The notes beneath the pieces are model-generated. The model was not told the DNA's origin. It was given only the letters and a program-made list of their open reading frames with translations, and searched no databases. The position numbers were made by a program, and so were the translations under genes. From assembly GCA_002104905.1 (NCBI GenBank), contig MCFE01000010.1, forward strand, positions 186,001 through 250,000: a stretch of 64,000 nucleotides of DNA, given 5' to 3'. The stretch is from Basidiobolus meristosporus CBS 931.73. Its lineage: Eukaryota; Fungi; Basidiobolomycota. Position 1 is the stretch's first letter. Every line of letters starts with the position of its first letter. Positions 11,001 through 22,659 of the stretch are shown piece after piece.

Positions 11001-12200
11001 ATAAGTCAACTTGTATAGGTTCTGATCTCTGATACCCAAAGCAATATGGGCACTATTTTGATTAGTGATCTTGCATCCAGAATTGTCAAAACTGAAACTG
11101 AGTCCTTCTGCAGTGGCCTTGCTTATAGATAGTAGGTTCTTGGCTATTTCTGGTACATAGAGTACTTCTTTAAAAGTCAGTGTATGGCTTCCTTCACTGC
11201 CTCTTAGATTTACTTGGATAGTTCCTACTTCCACTGCATCAAGTGTTCAATCATCACCCATGAAAACCTTCTTAATTGGTTTTCTTGATATTGGACAAAA
11301 GGTCTTTTTAGTGTGTAAAGTGTTGAGATGCTCCAGAGTCAATATACCACGTCTGAGAATCCTTGTTTGTGGTCATATTTAGTGCAGATATGAATAGTCT
11401 ATCTTCAGTTGTTGCAGCATTTTCATATTTGGGCTTCTTTTGCTGATTATATTTCTTTTTGAGACACCGGTCTGATGTGTGTGCTTTCCTTATGCAATAG
11501 TTACAAAACAGGTTGCTGTTGCCTTTGTAGGGTTTTGGGTACCTCCTTTGTTGGTTATCATTGCTTATTAAAGCATTTTCTTCTTCCTTATTATTTGCAC
11601 TTGATTTTCTTAATTCTTCATCCAGGAGCCTTCCATATACGTAATTTAAGGTCAAATCTTCAGTTCTGGACTCTAGGGCTGATACAAGGCCCTGAAACTC
11701 ATTTGTCAGGCTATTCAGGATGGTAACTATCACATCCTCATCAGTAGTTGGTACACCCACAGATTCCATCTCATCTACCAGCAGGGTAATTCTGTTAATT
11801 AGATTTTTCATTTCTTCTCCTGGCAGCATCTTTGTAGTAAAGAGTTTTTGTCTCAGATATATTTTCTTAGCAGCTGAACATGACTGGTAGGTGTCTTCTA
11901 ATGCCTTCCAGGCATTCTTTGCCGTTTTTGCTCTTGAGCATTGAATTAGCAATTTGTCTTTAACATTAAGGTAAATGCAGTTAAAGGAACTTTGTTCTTT
12001 CTTCTGGTACTTTAGGGCTTCCTCTCCCACATTTTTAGGAGGGCATTCTTCTCCCATGACAATATCCCAAAGGCCTCTTTCTTGTAGCAGCATCTTCATT
12101 TCTTGTAGCATTCTTCCAATGGACTGTGTACTACATATCCATACTCCAGGTGGATATATATGTATTAGGTATAAATGGAGTCCTTACATCTGAGGAAGCT
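8060..12200 (-). mobile_element. Degenerate Ty1/copia LTR retrotransposon (gag-PR-INT-RT-RNaseH, broken by stops and frameshifts) with PPT and 5' half of the 3' LTR (8229-~8060)
   Basis: Gag with CCHC knuckle CNYCIRKAHTSDRC, protease WYIDSGAS, pre-integrase LWHRRFGH, integrase HSDLCGP/FIDDYTRY/SDNGGEY/PQQNGVAE, RT ARLVAKG/YVDD, RNaseH YSDADW/STTEAEY/KHIDIRHH/ADIFTK; purine-rich tract GAGTGGGAG directly before LTR start TGTTGTA at 8229. Confidence 0.96.
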
Positions 12201-12244
12201 TGTTTCTGATATCTTCCTTGATTGTGTTAGGCCTGACTGGAAAA

Positions 12245-12931
12245 TCAAACTTGGAACTTGGCTAAATTACCAATCAACCAAAAATCAATTGGATGCAGAT
12301 GGCTCTTCATAAAAAAATACTTAACTGATGATACAATGGAAAGATACAATGCAAGACTTGTGGTCAAAGGAGACAAACCTTAACTTGGTCAAAACTCAGC
12401 CAAATCAAGCAATCAGCCTCATCACTTTCCACCACTGATGCTGAATAATAAAGCTTTTCAAAGACTTAGACTTATGTCAAAAAGTCCCTACTGTAGTATT
12501 TCAACATAATTAAAGAATGGTACAATTAGGTAGACATCTAACTTTTCTGGCTAGAACTAAACATAAAGTTATTTTAGGGTTAGCTAAATAAGTATGTAAT
12601 TCCACCTAGATGTTGACCTAACTTAGTCACTTAGATCATTGCCTTTAAATCCTAGAGAGTACTGACCAAATTCCTTGTTGGGATTTACTTAGAATATTTT
12701 CACCAAAATACTAGGTACCCAGAACATGAAAATTCTCAAAGCTGTCCAAACAGCCTCAAACTTTGCACACGTGCTCTTGGGACCTTCCTTAGCCTATCCT
12801 ATGAGTTTTCTATGCCAAGACTATGTAAAAGTATAAATACTACTTTTACATCCAATAAATCATTAGGTGAAAAACCACATGATCTACTTGTTCTCCCAAT
12901 CACTTCCAATATTTCCAAAACTCTTGCAACA
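12245..12931 (+). mobile_element. Inverted, internally deleted derivative of the same copia family (RT/RNaseH fragments) followed by LTR 12594-12931
   Basis: Short blocks match the reverse complement of ~9590-9720, ~8960-8990, ~8570-8610 and ~8400-8520 in colinear order; LTR ends CTCTTGCAACA at 12931. Confidence 0.8.
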
Positions 12932-13957
12932 ATATAGTGGTGGAACTCTGCTGACCCTCTGTTAACTTTTTTTCTAGAGGGAGTTAGGCCAGAATTCTCT
13001 GAGAGTTGTAGGCAATAATCCAAGTGAGCAAGTCAGTGGAATATGTAGGTATTACTACAAAACTTGCATTATTTTTAGGCCTTTCAAGCATTACTAGCTG
13101 CTTCAGCTCTCAAGCATTCAATTGGTGTTGTGTATTTGGCACTCGGTCAAATGGAATTGAAGGCACTATACTCCTTTTAATGCATTCAAGCTTCCTGTCT
13201 GCAAGTATATGATGGCATTTGAGGAATTAGGTATACCACAATCTCTTCAAGGAATCAGAAGCCAGGAATTTGCCACTAACTACTAGCTTCGATTGTTAAG
13301 TCAAATCCACTGGTTCCAGATAGCAGCACTATCAGATAGATTTTGGAATCAGTGCCTGGCAAAGACACCTAATCTGTCAGAAAGCGGTCAAAGGGCGAAG
13401 ACTTAACAAGATTGACCACTAACACTGAGTCCTGGGGCCCTGAAACGAGGGGACTGTCATCTAACTTTGGACAGCCTCGAGAAGCTCAATAATCGAACCA
13501 CCTACCAGCAGTGGAATTTCCAATCGGAATCGTACCCTACCATCTGTAGTGAATACAAGGATCCACTTTTCTACCAGCTACCACCGTCAATGGTGCGTGG
13601 TAACTACCTGGAATCGGCAACGTGGATCACGGGTAGCTAGGATTGAATCATATCGATATCGAGCAAATGAGAAACGCCCGAATCATCTATATTCGGTCAC
13701 CTAGTGAGGGTTGGATATACTGCACTTACAGGAATCAGGCTATAGGAAATTTCTAGGTGATCAGTCAAAATGCTATTTCGGGACTGGATAACCCTAATCA
13801 TGATCATATTCCTAGTCCTTTCGAGGCCTGGTCTAATTCCCACATCCATCTTGGACTTGGCTTTTACAGCGCACCCTGGGCTAACGGCCGCCACAAACAA
13901 AAGTATGGTCCAATCAGAAGATGCTGACCCTCTTCATTGGCCCATCCCATTTAAATA

Positions 13958-14631
13958 GTAAACACATTTATCATTAATGTTGATGCTGTGATGGCGGTGG
14001 ATGCCTCCCGATTGGCCAGGTTCAGTCGATGAAATCATCTAGCCATGGGCACTTGACAAGGGGATTGGAAATTTTTGATGGGGTGGATGTGTGGAACCAG
14101 TGAGCACAATGATATTCCCAGAGCATTGTTTACAATATCAATCGCTGACCAGATGATTGGTGGCTGAGATGTAACGTATCATGATGGTAAACACTGAGGG
14201 CTACGTTGGGGAAAGGGCCGTCGAATGAAAAGCGAGAGTGATGTTTATACTAGGGTTAGGGTTGAGTGACTGACCGAGCAGGAATGCTTTTGGGTTAGGG
14301 TTAATTACTTACATACAGAAGATCCCTGCTAAGGTGATGTAAAAAGGTAGTTAGAATACTCGGGCTGATACACCATGCGAAAGCTCAAGTGTTCGAAGCG
14401 TCAACAGCCAAGAAAAGAAGAAACTTGTGGGAATAGAGGCAAGCGAAGAGAAATCAGGAAACCACGGAAGTGAGGAAGGGTAGGAGGACGAATAGGTCTG
14501 AGACCGCAATGCAGGTAGGAAATTTAAATACTATTCTATTGTTTACAGGACATCTAATAACAGAGTACGAATCTCTGACGTTTGTTGTGTAAACAACATA
14601 ACCAAGTCACTTTCTCGTGTTTTTGACGCGT
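13958..14631. promoter_or_regulatory. Cluster of forkhead consensus sites (5x GTAAACA, 1x ATAAACA) plus one ACGCGT (MCB-type) element
   Basis: Sites at 13958, 14127, 14187, 14242, 14540 and 14589; ACGCGT at 14626. Confidence 0.5.
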
Positions 14632-15705
14632 TTATTGAGGGAAGCTAGATCTTTGTGCCCTTATGAAAACAATCAACAAAGTAATTCGTAGAAATGGATT
14701 AAATTAAACCCAAATCCTAATATGAATAGGGAATTTCCGTTTAGTGTGTATACAAATCGGCGGATTTTAATTGGTGGGGTCGAGTCAGGTTCGGCCAGAC
14801 GAACATGGAATTACCTCTGGAGAGGGTGCAATATAACAATCCATGGATTAATCCGGACAAGGATGTACGAGCATCACACCCAATATGTTGAGGTTCTTCA
14901 CCGCTAGCGTGCGGGGAGTCGATTGAAGTGTGAAGGATGATGCGCATCAAAGAGGATTTGTGTATCAGTGCTACACCAAAAGTAACCTCAGTTATATTAA
15001 AGGCACTCGTATTTAGAATGAATTCACATCATAACAACGACATTCAGGGTAATGACGGACTTCGAAAAAATCTAAACTCCGGAGAGTTATATTAGATTGT
15101 CGGAAAATCCTGTTGATTGGCTGGTATCTTCGCAACTGCCGCTACTGTTTGAGCAGTGAGCACCTGCATGAAACATGTGAATATCTGGGGATCGAGCACC
15201 CAGTAACAAATTTAGCACATGAAAAGCTACGGCTTGAGCAGAAATGTGAACTCGGCTTCCAGGGTTTGGGTTCGCATATCGTTGCCTTAACTTCATTGTG
15301 CTCACCTGATGCCAAATTGATGGGGTCATTCCTTATATTATCATTAATGTGATGCTGCAATGGGGGCGGGCGTAGAGGTCCAAGCCTGTACAATGGATCA
15401 ATCGATCATTCATTTTCATTTTTAAAATCGCCCATAATATTCAGTGAACTTGATTGGGAAATCATTTTTTATTGACACGTATACGTATAAATAATGCTAT
15501 TTCGAGCAGAGCACAGGTCGCGGTCTAATGTAAAATTACATTGTAACGGAAGTTACAAAATTGAGGAGGTGTATTTACAGAATTTACGAAAGAGAGTCGT
15601 TCGTAAGCGTGAAGGCAAAAATCAATTTGCCAGACGGATGGAGTGTACAATTACACATTCGGTTCGGTATGATACAAGGGCGGGGTGTCAATCGATGAAA
15701 TCCCA

Positions 15706-16881
15706 TCAATAGTCATTGAGCTCAGAACAAGCCTCAAGGTTGAGGAATTCATTCATATCGAGGGACAGCTCCACTGGTGTATCTTCGAAGCTTACAATTC
15801 CGTCGGAAAGAGGATCCTCAGCTTCCTCAGGACCGTATCCTAACATGACATCATTTTTCAGGACAGCAGGTATATCTGTGTCGGATGGTATTTCAAAATC
15901 CAACTGCTCGCTGGGAATCATATTCATGGACTGCTGAACTATTTCGCTCAGAGCATGGAGTTCATCAAGTGTAGGGTCCTCGGGAAGCTTGAGGTAATCC
16001 TTCGCTAATCTGTATACTGTGTAATCAACCATGAAGTTGTGCGCACTCATGTACTTCGTTGCCACTGGACAAGCTGGTAGGATGGGTGCCATGGAGGAGA
16101 GTCTTGATGGTGTGGGAGTCACCTGGCCGGTGGCGAATTTGGTGATCTGCTCCGACAGAGCATTCAAGTCAAAATTCTCAAAGTTGGGTAGCAACGAGCG
16201 AGTCTTGGCTGGGCTAGGGACACCTCCAACTGACTTGATTCTAGTAGGGACACCAGCAAGGTTGGGCTGGCAGTTCTCCTCAGGCTTGATATATGGCTGA
16301 GCTCTAACTCGGGCACGGCTCTTGTTCTTCTTGTAGCGAGAGCTTGATTTGTCGCTGGTTTTCTTCATCTCGTACCCTTTTGGGATGGACAGCTCATTGT
16401 TCAGATAGAATTTTTGGTACTCGGGAACGATGGTCCAGTAATTTCCCTTTCCTGGGGTACCCTTTTGACGGGGAACCTTTTGAAAGGCTTTGTGGAGAGA
16501 GAGATTGTGCCTGATGCTGTTTTGCCATTGTTTGGTAGCAAACTGGTAATAGCGGTAGTTCTCGGTGATGAAAGCATAAATATCTTGCAGTAACATTTTT
16601 TGGTCTGGGGTGGACATGATGGACTGGGCGATCAATGAGGCGTAGGTGTACCTAGGTTCAACCAGACGCTCACCATTAGGTAATACGATGACATCAGGCG
16701 CATTAGACTCGGATTCGGTGGATTCATCAGAACTGTTGAATGCTTCGTCATTTTGCAGCGTCGGGGTGGCAGGACCAGATGAGCTGACAGAGGAAATCTC
16801 AGAGTCAAACCCAGAAAACAAGGAGGAGCTGAGTTGAGCCATAACGTCGTCTGTGATATTAAGCAAGCTGTGACAGGACAT
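15706..16881 (-). CDS. Forkhead (winged-helix) transcription factor, no FHA domain, single exon, 391 aa
   Basis: PRYTYASLIAQSI...IYAFITENYRYY...WQNSIRHNLSLHKAFQKVPR...GKGNYW is a complete forkhead domain. Confidence 0.95.
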   Translation of the reverse strand: MSCHSLLNITDDVMAQLSSSLFSGFDSEISSVSSSGPATPTLQNDEAFNSSDESTESESNAPDVIVLPNGERLVEPRYTYASLIAQSIMSTPDQKMLLQDIYAFITENYRYYQFATKQWQNSIRHNLSLHKAFQKVPRQKGTPGKGNYWTIVPEYQKFYLNNELSIPKGYEMKKTSDKSSSRYKKNKSRARVRAQPYIKPEENCQPNLAGVPTRIKSVGGVPSPAKTRSLLPNFENFDLNALSEQITKFATGQVTPTPSRLSSMAPILPACPVATKYMSAHNFMVDYTVYRLAKDYLKLPEDPTLDELHALSEIVQQSMNMIPSEQLDFEIPSDTDIPAVLKNDVMLGYGPEEAEDPLSDGIVSFEDTPVELSLDMNEFLNLEACSELNDY

Positions 16882-18149
16882 TGCTCAAGGAAATGATTCT
16901 AAGCTGGCAAATAGATAACAATGGTCACAAGGCGGGAAGGAGAAATCAATATAAACAAGACAGTTGCTTTGTGATGAGAAATTCGAAGGGATGATGGAGG
17001 CCTTATAAGCGATTTCAGTGGATGGCCTCAAGGACAGAAAAAGCTCATCATCCATTATCGGCCAGTGAGGCTTGAGTACTGATCAAGCCAAAAATTAGCA
17101 CGCTGCTCCCCTGTTACTTGGTAATTTTTTATCCCAGTAGCGCATCTGACTCGCATTCCACTCGGTTCCAGGTTTCCAGGGTGATCCAATCTTGGATTCA
17201 GCCAATCCGTTGCTGTCTGCAAATTCATTGAATTTTGCGAAAAGGATTGAGAAGATCATCGGTGCTGCCCGTTGATTCGCCAGGATTATCTGTTGAACTA
17301 AGGTTTAAGGTGATATATTTACCGCCTCACATTCTTAAAAATAAGAACTAGAAGAATGCTGAGCTATTGTCGACAAAATAGGCAAGTGAACCCTGTTGGG
17401 TGTTGGGTGATTCAACGCAGATCAATCCCAGCACTAGTGAAACGAAATCGTAATATACCCTCGATTTTAATAACGGGCGACTCTATATATGGTATCCGGA
17501 ACACCCAATTCGAAGGTTCCACCACTTGGCGAATTTTACCTTGCGGTATCTTCCCCGGGTTTCGACAGCATTGATACTCGGTGATTTATCGGCATGTGGC
17601 ATTTCTACCGTCGATGTCTTACTTCCTCACCACCGTTGAAATCCGCCAGTCAATGCTGCCGGAAGTATGGTAATGATTGACGATCCAGAGCAAGCATTGA
17701 TTTGTTGGCTTGATAAAGTCACCAACTAGACGATTTGCACAATGTTCCCACTCAGCGTTTTGTTGTCAATCATGCAGTGCCTATAAATATTAGCTGAAGC
17801 TGCTCTAATGCTATTTGGCATTCGCTTACATGACGACCAGTCAATGCTATGAGCAAGGTAGGATCACTATATGCCTTTTATTGGTGAAGATTTTCCCGCG
17901 AATAACGATCCGTCCCAATTGTAAATGGGTGCCCAAGTGTTGTAATAATGTGGCATATTTAACGCTCCTGACTTGAGTCAGTGTTAAAGTAGGTAGCACC
18001 ACTACTACTGCCAACCTCCAAGTTGATAACGCGCTTGCATACCTTATCTAACGATGTTACTTGTATCTTGATTACCAACTGTTTAGCGGATATTCCGCAC
18101 ATACTATCAGAATTCCTGAAAAGCGTTGATATTGCACTTTCAGCAATGT

Positions 18150-18900
18150 GTTGTTCCTAAATATGTAGCAGTGGACCAGTGGGCTATCAATAGGTACACT
18201 TCAGTATGGCTTGTCATATGATAACCATTTGGCTTATCCTTGTCTTGCCAAATTAAGAATAATGGATACTAAGTGGGGACTTGAGCATCTGCATTATTTA
18301 TGAATAACAGTGATATATAAAGACTGCAGCAGATCCGTAGCAGACACTGTATACATGATTGGAAGCAAGCTGAAGAACTTTGGTGTACCTGACCAGACTA
18401 CTCACTAAAAGTGATGTGTGCATGATCTCAGTATATCATTGTACAAATAGCAACAAAAAAATTTACAACATCAAAAGCATGTGTATACAGCTTGGAGCTT
18501 ATTGGTAAACATCAAGAATTGTTGATCTACTAGTACTTAGCATTCTGGTGCTCTATATCTTGGACATGTTGTAGTAAAGCTTGTAAGATGGAATCTAGAT
18601 AGTCCACTATGCTTACATATTTATAGACTTCAGAAAGTGGTGCATAAAGCTTGGGGACTTTTGAACATGTTTGGCAATACTGACTACTTACAGACTTTGG
18701 CTAATTCTAGGAACTAGCTATCATCCTACAAGCTTGATCTTAAGTAATTGGTAACTTAGAATCAAGCTTACTAGAATCTTAAGGTTTATGATGGCTTATG
18801 CATAATTAGAATATGCTCTCTAACTCTCAATACTCTGTACAAATTTTTAGTACCAAAAGCATGTATATAATGCTTATGATGCTTAGTTAAGATGAAGAAC
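18150..18900. repeat. Highly degenerate copia/LTR remnants
   Basis: IGTLQYGLSY-coding fragment resembling copia RT/RNaseH (~18190); LTR-terminal AAATTTACAACA at ~18460; 18640-18830 resembles the LTRs at 57040-57218. Confidence 0.45.
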
Positions 18901-19329
18901 CTTGATACTACAGGTACTTGACATCATGGTCAGAATACCCTAGTAAAGTCTAGCAAAATAATTTAGGGGTCAGAACAGGCATGGATAATTTTCATCATTA
19001 TTAATCCAAGTAACCAAACTTATATATGGATTTTGATACAAACTCAAATTTATCTGCTTTGAATACCCTGCACAAAGTAGTAAGATAATGCAATACTTGA
19101 AAGCATTGTGAGTTTATGTATACACCTGGAAATTCACACAACTTTGCTACTAAATTCCCAGTGTACAACTCTTAGAGTATACTGCCCAATTTCCTTGTTG
19201 AGATTTACCTGCAATATCTCACTGAAGTACCAGGTACCCATAATATACCTGCTCTCTCAATAACTTCCCATATTTTCAAAAACTCTCACAGTATACTGCA
19301 GTTCATGGTCAGATATGTTGCAAAGATTT

Positions 19330-19670
19330 GTAATTCCAACTAAATACTCACCTAGCTTGGTCACTTAGATCATTACCTACAAATCTTAGAGAATCCAGGC
19401 CAAATTCCTTGTCAGGGTTACTTGGAAAATTTTTACCAAAATGTCAGATACCAAAAACATGAAATTATAATAAGCTGTTAAAGATGCCCAAACCTTGCAC
19501 ACATGTTCTTGGGACCTTTCTAGCTCTATTCTCTTTGTTTTTTTTGCCACAACCATGTAAAATTAGAAATCCTACTGTTACATTGCATAAGTTGTCAAGC
19601 AAATATCACATAATCTACTTATTCTCCCAATTGCTTCCAATATCTCCAAAACTCCTAGAGCAAGAAAAAG
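19330..19670 (+). repeat. Solo LTR, family B, degenerate
   Basis: GGTCACTTAGATCATTACC...CCAAATTCCTTG...CTTGGGACCTTTC...TTCTCCCAATTGCTTCCAATATCTCCAAAACTC blocks shared with 12594-12931. Confidence 0.75.
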
Positions 19671-19876
19671 TTACCTAAGGACTAGTACTGTTCCATTATA
19701 ATGCCAGCAAAAGCTGTAAGTATAAGTAAACATATGTCCTAAATGATGTTGCATCAGAGTGATCCCCATGCTAAGTATGCAGTCTGTCAGCTCACCAACT
19801 GCAGAGATATTTACACTTAAGAATTATACTAAAGTTGTCAGCAGAATACTAGTGCAATACTAACAGAGTATCATAT

Positions 19877-20195
19877 CCCTAAGGGAAAAAATTAACTAGA
19901 GGCTGGCCAAATACTGCCCTAATACAGCCAAGTTCCAAGTTTCTACAAGCTACAACTCTCCATAACTCAGGTACTAGCTATTTTGTAGACAAGCACACAA
20001 ATTTTCTGCAAGGGGAATAGACTAACTAGTATTTACATCAAATTTGGTAATCAGCAGCTCTCTACTTACACAAACATTTAAAATTAAAAACTTGAGAGAA
20101 AAACACCTGCTGAATGCCAGCAAAATAGCATATGAATACCAGCCAAATACTGGCAGATTGTCTTATAGATTCCAAGTTTGAGATTTTTCACAGAA
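19877..20195 (-). mobile_element. MITE-like repeat family A, copy 2
   Basis: Reverse complement aligns to 6740-7058 (AAAAATCTCAAACTTGGAAT, CCAAATTTG, CCTGAG blocks); same length. Confidence 0.65.
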
Positions 20196-20384
20196 TACAA
20201 ATTCAAGACTACTCTTTTTCATGAGAACTGAATATCACACAGGTCATCTAGTTTTCTGAATCCCTCCCAATGTTTTGCAAAGTCTTGCAACAACTGAATA
20301 TTCTCTATTGCTTCAGCAATTGCCCAAAGTTCAGAAGATGTCAAGTGAGGTCAAAAAATTATAACGTACTAGACATTGGAAGTG

Positions 20385-20720
20385 CTCTGGAGATACTAGA
20401 AGTGATTGGAAGAGCAACTAGATTTTGTGGTTTTCACTTATGATTTATAGAAAGTAAAAGTGGTATTTATACTGTTACATAGTCTTGGCAGAGAAAACAC
20501 GCAAAATATGCTTAGAAAGGTACTAAGAGCAAGGGTGCAAAGTTTGGGGCTGTTTGGACCACTTAACAAAATTTCATGTTCTGGGTACCTGATATTTTGG
20601 TGAAAATATTCCAAGTAAATCCCCACAAGAAATTTGCTCAGAATTCTCCAAGATTTGTAGGTAATGATCTAAGTGACTAAGTTAGGTGAATATTCAGGTG
20701 TAATTACGAAATTTACAACA
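20385..20720 (-). repeat. Solo LTR, family B
   Basis: Begins TGTTGTAAATTTCG at 20720 on the minus strand; near-identical 5' part to the copia 3' LTR at 8229-8060. Confidence 0.8.
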
Positions 20721-20989
20721 CTAAAGTGGATGTAATTAGGGGATTAAGCTGATTGACAACCACATAGTAGTATACCAAAGCTTATAAGATGCCTAAAAAT
20801 TTCTGTGAACGCAGTCCAATTATCTATATATAATGTATTCAACAGCCATTGGACTTGTCTGAAAAACTGCGCCATTGTTTCTATTATCTTTGCAAAAATG
20901 CTCCAATTGCTATGATTTAAGCACAATGTAGCAGCAGAAGCAGTATTTAGAAATAAACTAACAACCGTTTATTAATATAAATGATAATG

Positions 20990-22344
20990 ATTTGAGCCTC
21001 TTCGAGCCAAGGAAATGCCATATGCTAGAGCACTTTCAAGTACGTCCAAGAAGCTCCGTAAATTTTCAGCTGTTTGCTCTGTACCATTAGTTGGTCCCTG
21101 CAAACTCATTTCAATCCCTACTATATGTCATGGGGAAGCAACGAGAGTTGCTGCTATATCCCACACAATATGCAGTGTCCAACAAAACATGACACTGTCA
21201 TTGTCATTGTCATCAAGCAATCTCAAATATTCAGTAGCTTGGTACCAACATTGGGCCATACTGCTCGACAATAACAGGAAATGGCTCCTTTCAAGTTCTA
21301 CCATCTCTAGAGCCAATGTCACACAACCTGGCAAATATTTCGCTATTTTCAAACCTTCAAATACTCAAGCCATCATTAAAAGAAACAGTCTTATTCCCAC
21401 TTCGGATGATTAGGCTTCTAATCTTCGCCAAAGAAAGAGTATACACCCAAGTGATGCCATATTTGAAACAGTAAATAAGGTGGTAAACAAGCCGGTATTC
21501 AGTACCAGCAAATGGCCATGGAGTAAGCTGCTTGCTGGGAATGGTTGGGGCCGGATGTAGATTTTCCGCCTTCGGCTGGAGGCCATTCATCTGCTGTAGT
21601 CCATCTCAGCACCTGGTTTTGCTCGGTTGAGAATATAGACAGCCGTATCAGTCCTGGATACGCTGGTATCAATCAACAGAATCCAACGAGGATCGGGGTT
21701 TGCTGGTTTGCCCTAACACCACCACTTCTGCCAATCATCTCGTACAACACGCAATTCCGCACCAGGGAATTTCCATATCAAGTAGTGATCGCTTCTGAAT
21801 CACCAGACATCACTGACTGTACACTTATTACCAGATCCAATCCAAACTCAACCAGAGGCTGTTGATGTCGGTGAAGACCAATGCGGATATCTTCGCCAGG
21901 ATGGAGAGCCCAACTGGCCTTCCCCAATTCAAGCAATGATTCATCAGGGGTCCATCGCCACCAAAGTGGAAGTACGTTCCGGAAATAGACCTCGCTGCAG
22001 TCATCTGGAGGGGACCCAGAGTGCAGAGTCAGCCGCTCTCCACTCCATACCCAGTGATGGATTACGGGCGGACCGATCGAGGCTTTCCGCCCGAAAAGCT
22101 TGGACATCGGCCCCGGTGCTTTCATCGCTGAATAAGCGATTATATCCTGTAACCCCATCCAGGCTGAGAATGCGCATGAATTCATCTCGGCGGGGTATGT
22201 AGTTTGCTGACGGATGAAGTGTCTATAAGTAGCAGCAGCTACGGCAGCCATGGCAATGGAAAAGTACTCGTGTAACTCCAAAGACGACGTATAGCATTCT
22301 GAAGCCTTTGGCCCACACCTGGATCCATGTTTACTCGGCTCCAT
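20990..22344 (-). pseudogene. Possible decayed gene of unknown family
   Basis: Succession of protein-like reading segments (21778-22344, ~21600-21790, 21128-21352) separated by stops and frame changes; no recognisable motif. Confidence 0.25.
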
Positions 22345-22659
22345 GCTTTACCGTTGTGTTATGAGCACTCTCAAGTGGGAAAAAGCCGAGGGAGCAACCT
22401 AATTTGTACCATCGACGTCCATCAAACAGACCGTATTTGTTTGATATTCATTGTTAATTATGTTCGATGAGAAGGACCACTGCCCAACCTCATCCAGTGT
22501 CTCTATGGAGTAATTACATATTTTGTTTTCTGGATCGTACATTGGACATAAAAAAATCAAGTCGATGGAAACGGTTTTTACAACGATATGGAGTATGAGT
22601 GGTTTGTTTACAGGAGCTATGCGCTTGGCTCGATTCGTTCCTCGGCGGATTCTCAAGAA

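Noticed and set aside
14251-14302. TAGGGTTAGGGTT / GGGTTAGGGTT as interstitial telomere repeats
   Set aside because: Only 1-2 units each; on the minus strand they read CCCTAAC, which fits branch-point sequence in a putative intron equally well.
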